Shown here piece after piece: positions 13,627 to 24,881 of a DNA stretch of 64,000 nt (the first letter of the stretch is position 1; every line of letters begins with the position of its first letter). Source of the DNA: Macrostomum hystrix (lineage: Eukaryota > Animalia > Platyhelminthes); contig CATNEN010000038.1 in assembly GCA_950097015.1 (NCBI GenBank), positions 7,936,001-8,000,000 on the forward strand, given 5' to 3'. The notes under the pieces were generated by a model. It was not told where the DNA came from. It saw only the letters and a program-made list of their open reading frames with translations, and searched no databases. The translations under genes and the position numbers were made by a program.

Positions 13627-15744
13627 TCATAGTTCCTCATGCAGGGCCCTGGCAGTGTTAACGAGCTTGGAGCCGATAAAGAGGCTGTAGTTGTTCAGCA
13701 CTTCGGTCAGGCTCAGGGTGCCGTCTCGGTTGGCGTCAGCTGCCCGCAGCAGCAGGGCGGCCTCCTTGGCGGCCATGGCGGAGCCTTCGGGCTGCAGGTA
13801 GGCGCGCAGTTCGCTCCGATCCGCCCGACCGTCGCGATTGAGGTCCAGCCGCTGGTCGAACTCCTCGGCCCTGAGGTGCTGCTGAGCGGCATTGTCCAGT
13901 TTGCGACTCTCGCCACCGAATGGCAGCTCCTCGACTGTGCGGGACTCCGGCGAGACGATGAACTCGGCGCGGGTGATCACCTGAGAGTAGAGAGGCTAAC
14001 TGATGTGCGTACCGATTAACTGTGGGATTGGGGCAGCAGCAGTGGGGTAGGGTGTGGGGTTGGGGCAGCAGCAGTGGGGTAGGGTGTGGGGTTGGGGCAG
14101 CAGCAGTGGGGTAGGGTGTGGGGTTGGGGCAGCAGCAGTGGGGTAGGGTGTGGGGTTGGGGCAGCAGCAGTGGGGTAGGGTGTGGGGTTGGGGCAGCAGC
14201 AGTGGGGTAGGGTGTGGGGTTGGGGCAGCAGCAGTGGGGTAGGGTGTGTGGTTGGGGCAGCAGCAGTGGGGTAGGGTGTGGGGTTGGGGCAGCAGCAGTG
14301 GGGTAGGGTGTGGGGTTGGGGCAGCAGCAGTGGGGTAGGGTGTGGGGTTGGGGCAGCCGCAGCGGTGGCAGGCGTTCTCACCTGGTCAGCATTCTTGTCG
14401 AGCACAGCAAAGGCATCATCCAGTCGGGTCTCCAGGGTGGCGTTGCAGAGCTCGGAGTGCTGGAAGCAGACGAATTCATCGGCGTCCAGCCAGCCGTCGG
14501 CATCAGCGTCAGCCTGGGCCCAGCGGTGATGGTTCAGCGCCAGCTGCCTGCGGAGTGGATCGGGTCGTGAGGGAATCGGGTATGTAGTAGTAGCATATAC
14601 TAACCATCTAAAACTGAATAGGAATGGGGAAATTTCTAACAAGGATGAATTCTAATTGGGATATATTTTAAATTGGGTTAGAATCGGTTGGGGTGTCATT
14701 TCAGCTGAGATAAAAATTAATGAAATGGGATATTTCAGTTTGGGATGGATCGCGTTGGGATACCTCAGCTGGGGATAAATCGTGTTGTGATACTTCAGCT
14801 ATGGATGGATCGTGTTGGGATATTTCGGATGGGGACGAACCGTGTTGGGATATATCGGATGGGGATGAATCGTGTTGGGATATATCGGATGGGGATGAAT
14901 CGTGTTGGGATATTTCAGCTGGGGATGAACCGTGTTGGGATATTTCGGATTGGGATGAATCGTGTTGGGATATTTCGGATGGGCATGAATCGTGTTGGGA
15001 TATTTCAGCTGGGGATGAACCGTGTTGGGATATTTCAGCTGGGGATGAATCGTGTTGGGATATTTCAGCTGGGGATGAACCGTGTTGGGATATTTCAGCT
15101 GGGGATGAATCGTGTTGGGATATTTCAGCTGGGGATGAATCCTGTTGGGATATTTCGGATGGGCATGAACTGATGATGAAAAGGGATGTTTTCGACTTGG
15201 ATAATCATGGGATCTACCTGGCCTCATCATCCGACAGTCGATAAGTTGTGACATCATCGGCAAAAGCCAGAGCCACGCTGCGGTTGCGAGTGAGCGCAGA
15301 CATGAGTTCAACGGTGTAGTCTCGCAGGCTCAACTTCTGCGACAAGGTGCCGCCGGCGCGGCTCGCCATCAGCGCATCGAAGACCCGGCGGCTGGAGTTG
15401 CGGGCGGCCGCCTCGTGCTCGGCGACAGAGGCGGTGATGCGGGCGGCCAACTCGGCCTGCGTCAGGCGGCCGTCGCCGTTGGCGTCGATTCGGGGGAACA
15501 GATCGGCGAGGATGGCGCGCGCCTGCCGACTGCTGGCCGGCCTGACGGAGTCGTGCGCCTCGCCGAACAGAATCTCGCGAATAAAGTCGCGATTCACGTG
15601 AGCGTCGGACTCGAGCCTGACCGCGTCCGCGTGATCGGCCGGCAACAGGTGGGCCGGCAGTGACGAACGGCCCGACGGCGGCATCGCCAGCGACAGGCGA
15701 GTCTGACACAGCAGCAGCAGCAGCAGCAGCGCTGGTTCCCACAT
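13627..15744 (-). CDS. SDF4: Cab45/SDF4 (CREC-family lumenal EF-hand protein), 348 aa; exons 15744-15218, 14547-14382, 13980-13627
   Basis: Signal peptide, LLPADH..AVRLE.D.HVNRDF..EILFG (Cab45-type N-terminus), EF hands DANGDG, DADADG, DKNAD, DLNRDG and DANRDG, and the C-terminus FIGSKLVNTARALHEEL. The CDS totals 1047 nt, in frame. Confidence 0.88.
14020..14355. repeat. 32-bp G-rich array in Cab45 intron 2
   Basis: GGGGCAGCAGCAGTGGGGTAGGGTGTGGGGTT, about 10 copies. Confidence 0.95.
14725..15170. repeat. 30-bp array in Cab45 intron 1
   Basis: GGGATATTTCAGCTGGGGATGAATCGTGTT, about 15 copies. Confidence 0.95.
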
Positions 15745-15774
15745 CGCCTGTGGGGTTTTCCCAGAACATTATCT

Positions 15775-15990
15775 GTTATCTCACCTGTCTTAAGTACACC
15801 AACCCTTCTATCTCACCTGTTCTAAGTACACCAACCTAGTTTTCTCACCTGTCTCAATAACACCAACCCTGTCTCAACCCATCTTACCTGTCTCAAGTAC
15901 ACCAACCAAGTTTTCTCACCTGTCCCAAGTACACCAACCCTGTTATCTCACCCGTCTCAATTACACCAACCCTGTCATCTCACCTGTCTA
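15775..15990. repeat. Degenerate about 31-bp array TCTCACCTGT...ACACCAACC just upstream of Cab45
   Basis: About 6 copies. Confidence 0.85.
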
Positions 15991-16442
15991 CCTAAATCAT
16001 GGACCCGCTTCAGCCAAGTAAGAGTTGTAATTAAAAAAGCAATAAAGAACAAACAAGGATCGATTCGCAAGTTTTTTAAATATAACTTCTTAATGATACA
16101 CTTGAACATAGGAATCAGATGCTGTAGTGAACGCAAGATCTTTGTAGTTCATTTTTAATCTTTAGTCGCGCATTTCTGAATAAAATAAGCGACCTCGGAT
16201 ATGTCAAGAATGAACGTAACTCATAAATTTATAATGAAAAATTTAGTGCAATAAACGATTATAACAAAACTTCATTATAGTTGTGGTAGCGGAAGATTTA
16301 GATAGTGATTTTCATTAGTCATTGAAACAGTGATCAGCGACCAAGGCGATCAAATCAGCACTTTTGATGCGCAGATATGAGACATAGGCCTGGGAAACAT
16401 GCTGCGACTGTGCTTGTAAACAGTTAAGAGACTTGTACCAAT

Positions 16443-17030
16443 GTCAGCTACCCAGTCAGTGCCCACCTGTCAGCTACTCAGTCAGTGCCCACCTGACAGC
16501 TAGTCAGTCAGTGCCCACCTGTCAGCTACTCAGTCAGTGCCCACCTGTCAGCTACTCAGTCAGTGCCCACCTGTCAGCTACTCAGTCAGTGCCCACCTGA
16601 CAGCTACTCAGTCAGTGCCCACCTGACAGCTACTCAGTCAGTGCCCACCTGTCAGCTACTCAGTCAGTGCCCACCTGTCAGCTACTCAGTCAGTGCCCAC
16701 CTGACAGCTACTCAGTCAGTGCCCACCTGTCAGCTACTCAGTCAGTGCCCACCTGACAGCTACTCAGTCAGTGCCCACCTGACAGCTACTCAGTCAGTGC
16801 CCACCTGTCAGCTACTCAGTCAGTGCCCACCTGACAGCTACTCAGTCAGTGCCCACCTGACAGCTACTCAGTCAGTGCCCACCTGTCAGCTACTCAGTCA
16901 GTGCCCACCTGTCAGCTACTCAGTCAGTGCCCACCTGACAGCTAGTCAGTCAGTGCCCACCTGACAGCTACTCAGTCAGTGCCCACCTGACAGCTACTCA
17001 GTCAGTGCCCACCTGACAGCTAGTCAGCTG
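16443..17030. repeat. 26-bp array GCCCACCTG(T/A)CAGCTACTCAGTCAGT
   Basis: About 22 copies. Confidence 0.96.
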
Positions 17031-17818
17031 AAAATGTTCACAAGCACAGCCCAGATTAAGGTGGAGTCGAATATTATATAACAAACATCAATAGTCAGTG
17101 ATATAAAAGGCAGTTTCTTTGTTGCTAAACAAAGATAAACGTATTGGTGTCATAAGCACAGTAATCAAAGCATTTAGCTTCTGCAATAGATAAGAAATTA
17201 AAACAATTCAAAGAGTAACTAAGTGAAGTTGAAAATATACAGGCATAACCGCATTCAGCTTATTTTAGTATATAATGTATAGACAAACCCGAATTGATAA
17301 AACGCATTAGAAAGCCTTGGATAAGAATTGAGGCCTAGATTAGCATTATACATATTGTTTAATCAGCTAACTTTATCAGTATCCAGCATTAAATGAGCAC
17401 AATTATTTCCTTGATAAAAAGAAAGTTTTGATCGTAAAAAACGTAAATAAAGCCGAATTTGAAATCGGCTAAATATCTCACTACTACTCCTACTAGTAGT
17501 AGTTATGTACTTACACTGTTAGTAGTAAGTAGCAAAAATGACACAATGATAAACAGACTTTTTATCCAAGACGCAGCAATTGACCGGAAAACGTAGCTCT
17601 CACAGCCCTTAAATCATTATTGATTACTAATGAGTGACGAATGTAAACAGCAGGTATTGGGATCAATCCTAGAATGCCTAGTAGCAAAAAATAAAAACTG
17701 ATTAGTCAAACAGCCTCGAGAATATCCAACATTCTAATTACTAGTTAAAAAAGTGAAGTAAAAAAGACACTAATCCGACCGATCTCGTCACACGATGTAC
17801 CAGTGCGGGCCGGGCCGA

Positions 17819-19695
17819 TCAGACAGCGGCGCCACTCAGCTTCTTGATGGCGGCCACGCCCTTCTCCTGGTACTCCTCCCGGCTGATCCAGAACTTCTCG
17901 TCGTGATCCTTCATGATGTCGGCCAGGATGGCGCCGCCAAGGAACACCATGTGCTTGCGCCGCGGCGGGTCCTCAATGCGAATCTTGAACTTGCTCAACC
18001 GGGCCGTGTCACCTTTGAGCACCTGCTCAAGGTAGAGCTGCTTCATCTCACGCTCAAGCCGGCTGGGCAGGCCAGGATACATGGTGGTGCCGCCAGACAG
18101 CACAATCTTCTTGTAGAACTCGGGCCGGATGTCCATGTCGGCCTGCTGGATGGTATTGAACAGCAGCTCAGCGACACCGGCGCCATCGACGTCGACCAGG
18201 TGCGGCTGAAACAGAGCCTCGGGAGCCTGGAAGCGCTCACCGCTCACCTGTGGGACGGGTGGGAAGTGGGAGAGGAAGTTATGCCCACCTGACCGATTTC
18301 CACTTCCCAGACCTTGATACCCATTCCAGCCCCTGATACCCACCCCATTCCAGCCCCTGATACCCACCCCATTCCAGCCCCTGATACCCACCCCATTCCA
18401 GCCCCTGATACCCACCCCATTCCAGCTCGACAGCCCATTCCAGCACGACACCTACCCCATTCCATCCCGACACCCACCCCATTCCAGCTCGACACCCACC
18501 CCATTCCAGCCCGACACCCACCCATTCCAGCGCGACACCTCACCTCATTCCAGCCCGACACCCACCTCATTCGAGCCCAACACCCACCCCATTCCTGACC
18601 CTGATACCCACCCCATTCCAGACCCTGATACCCACCCCATTCCAGCTCGACACCCACCCCATTCCAGCCCGACACCCACCCATTCCAGCCTGACAACCAC
18701 CCATTCCATTCTAACACCTACATACCCAGCTCATTTTTTAATGCAGCCTTTTTTCTATTTCCTATTCCAGCTCTTAAACCATCTCACACGTTACCCAGCT
18801 GTGGTATTTTTCCCATCCCAGCCCTGCTCCCGTGTTACCTTGATGACGCGGCCATCCGGCAGGGTGTACTTCTCCACCAGCACGGTGGTCTCAAGGGACA
18901 GGCGCTCCTCCTGAGCAATGTCGTAGGCCACGTAGCACAGTCGCTCCTTGAGCTGGCGAATGGTCTCGAAGTCGGCGCTGGCATTGAAGGCGTAGCCGCG
19001 CAGCAGCAGCAGCTTGATAAGATAGCGGGTGATATCCCGGCCGGCGATGTTCAACCGCTTGGTGAGGTGCGGCAGGGCGAAGCCGTCGTATACAGGGCAG
19101 ATGTGGGTGACGCCGTCGCCGGAGTCAACAACAACGCCAGTTAGGAGGCCCTGAGCGTACAGGGTCAGCACCGCCTGCGGAGGGAATGACAAATGAGCGG
19201 AGAGAATGAACTCAAGTGTACTCAAATGTCTTGTAGCCAATCAAAGCACAATTAGTGTATCACTAGGCTTACCTGAATGGCCACGTACACGCCGGCAAAG
19301 TTGTACTTTTCGAACATGGCTTCGACCATGCGCTCCCGATTCTTGGCCGGGTTCATGGGCGGCTCAGTCAGCAGCACCTTGGTGTTCGGGCAGTCCAGGT
19401 TCATCTTCTTTGGCCCGAAGGTGTAATCGTAGAGATGCAGCATGTCCGTCCAATTGCTGACAATGCCATTCTCCATGGGATAGTTGACTTGCAGCATCTG
19501 GCGCACCTCTGCGGCCTCGTCTCCAACCATGAGGTCGCGGATCTCCACGTTGCCAATACGAGATGAGCTGCGTAAGATAGGCCGGCCAACCAGGGAGGGG
19601 AAGATGTGCTCAGGATAATTAGCCCCGGCACGGCCGCACTTCACGAAACCAGTGCCATTGTCGCACACGACCACATGCCTGCCCTTGCTGTCCAT
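17819..19695 (-). CDS. ACTR2: Actin-related protein 2, 395 aa; exons 19695-19273, 19174-18839, 18247-17819
   Basis: [24 protein letters not shown]|[53 protein letters not shown]. Both introns are phase-0 GT-AG. Confidence 0.97.
18315..18715. repeat. CACCCCATTCCAGC-based array in ARP2 intron 2
   Basis: Tandem periodicity of about 22-24 bp. Confidence 0.9.
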
Positions 19696-19786
19696 GGCTG
19701 CTGCTGGTGCTAAGTCTATGGGCTGTTGCTAGGCGAGTCAGGGGGAACGGCTTCGAAAGCCTCTGCGCTGAAAGTGGAAAAAAATG

Positions 19787-21087
19787 CTGATTACAGACAG
19801 GGGATAATGGGAATCTGATTACAGACTGGGGATAATGGGAATCTGATTACAGACTGGGGATAATGGGAATCTGATTACAGACTGGGGATAATGGGAATCT
19901 GATTACAGACAGGGGATAATGGGAATCTGATTACAGACTGGGGATAATAAGAATCTGATTACAGATTGGGGATAATGGGAATCTGATTACAGATTGGGGA
20001 TAATAGGAATCTGATTACAGATTGGTGATAATAAGAATCTGATTACAGATTGGGGATAATGGGAATCTGATTACAGATTGGGGATAATGGGAATCTGATT
20101 ACAGACTGGGGATAATGGGAATCTGATTACAGATTGGGGATAATAAGAATCTGATTACAGATTGGGGATAATAGGAATCTGATTACAGATTGGGGATAAT
20201 GGGAATCAGATTACAGACTGGGGATAATGGGAATCTGATTACAGACTGGGGATAATGGGAATCTGATTACAGACTGGGAATAATGGGAATCTGATTACAG
20301 ACTGGGAATAATGGGAATCTGATTACAGATTGGGGATAAATACTGAATACAGACTGGGGATAAATACTGAATTACACCAACCAAGTTGTGACATCATCAC
20401 AACAGACTGGGGATAATGGGAATCTGATTACAGATTGGGGATAATGGGAATCTGATTACAGATTGGGGATAATGGGAATCTGATTACAGATTGGGGATAA
20501 TAGGAATCTGATTACAGATTGGGGATAATAAGAATCTGATTACAGACTGGGGATAATGGGAATCTGATTACAGACTGGGGATAATGGGAATCTGATTACA
20601 GACTGGGGATAATGGGAATCTGATTACAGATTGGGGATAATGGGAATCAGATTACAGACTGGGGATAATGGGAATCAGATTACAGACTGGGGATAATAGG
20701 AATCTGATTACAGACTGGGAATAATAGGAATCTGATTACAGACTGGGAATAATAGGAATCTGATTACAGACTGGGGATAATAGGAATCTGATTACAGACT
20801 GGGAATAATAGGAATCTGATTACAGATTGGGGATAATGGGAATCTGATTACAGACTGGGGATAATGGGAATCTGATTACAGACTGGGGATAATGGGAATC
20901 TGATTACAGACTGGGGATAATGGGAATCTGATTACAGACTGGGGATAATAGGAATCTGATTACAGATTGGGGATAATGGGAATCAGATTACAGACTGGGG
21001 ATAATGGGAATCAGATTACAGACTGGGGATAATAGGAATCTGATTACAGATTGGGGATAATGGGAATCTGATTACAGACTGGGGATT
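19787..21087. repeat. 28-bp array CTGATTACAGA(C/T)TGGGGATAATGGGAAT upstream of ARP2
   Basis: About 45 copies. Confidence 0.96.
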
Positions 21088-21424
21088 AAAAAATAGACAA
21101 ATAAAACGAAAAAAGTTTGAGAAAAAGTTAATGCGACCTCTGCATACACGATAATGTTAACTATATATTCAAAAAATAGAAACACGAGTGCACATTCACC
21201 TGGGCTTACATCTGTATAGCAATATTTGAGTAAGAACAGGAAAGCACACTTGATTTAAGCGAATCAGGAAAATTTGAGTGCACAAATATATAGGATCTGG
21301 TCAGTGACAGGCTTAGAGTCACTTGGTTTCACAGTCAGAATTGAACTGGAGCCACTGGAGCAAACAAAAGTAAGAAAGCAAAAGTACAGGATTGGTACAA
21401 TGCTCTTTGCATATAATCACATGT

Positions 21425-21895
21425 GAAAAGGGTAATGACCCACTAGAATAACATCAGGGAATGGGTAATGACCCACTGGAATTGCATCAGGGAATGGGTA
21501 ATGACCCTCTAGAATAACATCAGGGAATGGGTAATGACCCACTAGAATAACATCAGGGAATGGGTAATGACCCACTAGAATAACATCAGGGAATGGGTAA
21601 TGACCCACTAGAATAACATCAGGGAATGGGTAATGACCCACTAGAATTGCGTCAGGGAATGGGTAATGACCCACTAGAATAACATCAGGGAATTTGGGTA
21701 ATGACCCACTAGAATAATGTCAGGGAATGGGTAATGACCCACTAGAATAACATCAGGGAATGGGTAATGACCCACTAGAATAACATCAGGGAATGGGTAA
21801 TGACCCACTAGAATAACATCAGGGAATGGGTAATGACCCACTAGAATAATGTCAGGGAATGGGCAATGACCCACTAGAACTGCATCAGGGAATGA
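21425..21895. repeat. 33-bp array GGGTAATGACCCACTAGAATAACATCAGGGAAT
   Basis: About 14 copies. Confidence 0.95.
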
Positions 21896-22409
21896 GAAAT
21901 ACCCTGAACGGGATATTGTGGGGACCAAGGCCGAACCACGCGAGCAGCGAGTATAATGAAAGGCGATGAAGCTTGTAAAACAAAAATAGATTTTAACACA
22001 GTGTTTTGCTTCGAAACATGAAAGCGAAAATGATTATTTTGGTCCAGAATCGTTTGAGTCTTTGTGGATCATAATCTCCTATTTATTCTTTAAGAATTTT
22101 ATAATTTATAGAAGAGCAAAAGCAGCAAGTAGAAAAATCACGGGTGCTGGATAAAGCGGCGGGAATTTATTTCATGCACAATCGCGAATCGAATGTGCAC
22201 TAATCAGATGAGGTTAAGTAAGGCGGAATCGCAATGTGCTGGATATGCATTAGTTTGTGTAAAATCCTCACTTGTAAATGGAATACAAACGGATTGCTGG
22301 TTCAGGAACCAATTTATGCGTTTGAAAACAAGACTATTTCTTAAAACCAGCTTCTGATGATGCTTTAATCTTATAAGGAATAGACATCTATTTTGAAAAT
22401 TAAAAAATT

Positions 22410-23270
22410 CACCTCTAGAGAATGACCATTCTCTTTAAATTCTTACCCCTTGAAAATGACCATTTTGAATGACCATTCTTTTAAAATTCTTACCCCTTGA
22501 AAATGACCATTTTGAAATCTCAATCCTCGAGAGTGACCATTTTGAAATCTCAATCCTCGAGAGTGACCATTTTGAAATCTCAATCCTCGAGAGTGACCAT
22601 TTTGAAATCTCAATCCTCGAGAGTGACCATTTTGAAATCTCAATCCTCGAGAGTGACCATTTTGAAATCTCAATCCTCGAGAGTGACCATTTTGAAATCT
22701 CAACCATCGAGAGTGACCACTTTTTAATCTCAATCCTTGAGAGTGATCACTTTTTAATCTCAATCCTCGAGAGTGACCATTTTGAAATCTCAACCATCGA
22801 GAGTGACCACTTTTTAATCTCAATCCTCGAGAGTGACCATTTTGAAATCTCAATCCTCGAGAGTGACCATTTTTAATCTCAATCCTCGAGAGTGACCATT
22901 TTGAAATCTCAATCCTCGAGAGTGACCATTTTGAAATCTCAATCCTCGAGAGTGACCATTTTTAATCTCAATCCTCGAGAGTGACCATTTTGAAATCTCA
23001 ATCCTCGAGAGTGACCATTTTGAAATCTCAATCCTCGAGAGTGAACATTTTTAATCTCAATCCTCGAGAGTGACCATTTTTAATCTCAATCCTCGAGAGT
23101 GACCATTTTGAAATCTCAATCCTCGAGAGTGACCATTTTTAATCTCAATCCTCGAGAGTGACCATTTTGAAATCTCAATCCTCGAGAGTGACCATTTTGA
23201 AATCTCAATCCTCGAGAGTGACCATTTTGAAATCTCAATCCTCGAGAGTGACCATTTTTAATCTCGCAAT
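22410..23270. repeat. 30-bp array GAGTGACCATTTTGAAATCTCAATCCTCGA
   Basis: About 28 copies. Confidence 0.96.
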
Positions 23271-23457
23271 TTCGCAAGTTTCGCAATCTCAACCCTTTGG
23301 AAATGACCGTTTCAAAATCTCATTCCCAAGAAATGACACTATTAAAATTTAAGCCCATAGAGTTAGTATCACAAAAGTTCGCCTCAAGATATTAAAACCA
23401 AGTTTAGGTTTCAGACACTAGGAATTAATATAAGCAAAAGCAAAGGTGAGCAAATTC

Positions 23458-23571
23458 TCAAAGAATTTCGCATCTGCGCTTCTTTGGCTTCTTGATGCGA
23501 CCGCTGCCGCTGCCGCTGCTGGCAGACTGCTGCTTGCGATGGTGGATCTCCGTCAGCAGGTCGAAGAAGGC
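23458..23571 (-). CDS. RALA: Alternative distal last exon of Ral (isoform 203 aa): AFFDLLTEIHHRKQQSASSGSGSGRIKKPKKRRCEIL*
   Basis: TAG acceptor at 23574-23572 in phase 0, helix-5 signature AFFDLL.EI..RK, polybasic stretch, CAAX, stop. Confidence 0.88.
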   Translation of the reverse strand, partial: AFFDLLTEIHHRKQQSASSGSGSGRIKKPKKRRCEIL

Positions 23572-23624
23572 CTACGATTGGTGTTGTTGGTGGCAGTGTT
23601 AATGAACGTTTAAATACCGCCTGA

Positions 23625-23945
23625 CCTGATAGATAAGTTTCACCTGTTTTAAACAACTGCCCCACCTGTTAGATAGTAGTTTCACCTGTTTTAAACAACT
23701 GCCTCACCTGTTAGATAGTAGTTTCACCTGTTTTAAACAACTGCCCCACCTGTTAGATAGTAGTTTCACCTGTTTTAGACAACTGCCCCACCTGTTAGAT
23801 AGTAGTTTCACCTGTTTTAGACAACTGCCCTACCTGTTAGATAGTAGTTTCACCTGTTTTAAACAACTGCCCCACCTGTTAGATAGTAGTTTCACCTGTT
23901 TTAAGCAACTGCCCCACCTGTTAGATAGTAGCTTCACCTGTTTAT
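23625..23945. repeat. 42-bp array with two CACCTG per unit, between the Ral last exons
   Basis: TTCACCTGTTTTAAACAACTGCCCCACCTGTTAGATAGTAGT, about 7 copies. Confidence 0.93.
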
Positions 23946-24424
23946 AAACATCTGCCCGTACCTTATTAATAATAATTACAAAAATATTCAATTTAACGAA
24001 GAGTGGTTGAGCACTTGAATATATTTTTATTAACAAAAGTCAAAAGATTAAATTTATAATCAATCAATATAGAAACGTTATGAATTTGATGCCGGCAATG
24101 ACATTTGCGCATTGCTCGAGACAAAAAAATCACAGAATAAGTTTAATTTACTTAGCAATAATGTCTACAAATTTATTCCTTGTATATCTAATCAGTAGTT
24201 TATTGTAAAATATCATTATTATGCAGTCCTGTGACAATCGGAATCAGTTGGTTTATCGACTAACAAATAGAAATCCAAGTTTAGAATCTTGGGATTATTT
24301 TTGCATGCTTCATTTATGTCAGAATAAATACAACTTATTTCATATGCCCAAAAGTTTAACGAACAAGTTTTTTTTAAAACGTTGGCCTCCTCACTTTTGC
24401 AAACCCTATCGTTACAGGGTTAAA

Positions 24425-24738
24425 AGGCAGAAGGGAGGCAGAAGGCGGGCAGAAGGGAGGCAGAAGGGAGGCAGAAGGCAAGCAGAAGGCAGGCAGAAGG
24501 GAGGCAGAAGGCAAGCAGAAGGCAGGCAGAAGGGAGGCAAAGGCAGGCAGAAGGGAGGCAGAAGGCAGGCAGAAGGCAGGCAGAAGGGAGGCAGAAGGCA
24601 GGCAGAAGGCAGGCAGAAGGCAGGCAGAAGGCAGGCAGAAGGCAGGCAGAAGGGAGGCAGAAGGCAGGCAGAAGGCAGGCAGAAGGGAGGCAGAAGGCAG
24701 GCAGAAGGCAGGCAGAAGGCAGGCAGAAGGGAGGCAGA
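24425..24738. repeat. GCAGAAGG(G/C)AG purine array
   Basis: 11-bp-based periodicity. Confidence 0.9.
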
Positions 24739-24837
24739 CGGGATTCTCACTAGATCATGAGTGAGTGAGAATAAGTTCTTTTTTCTAGTGGCCAGGTTGT
24801 ACCCAAGCGAACAATCGAATGTGTTCATAGTACAATG

Positions 24838-24874
<37 letters not shown>

Positions 24875-24881
24875 CCCCTAA

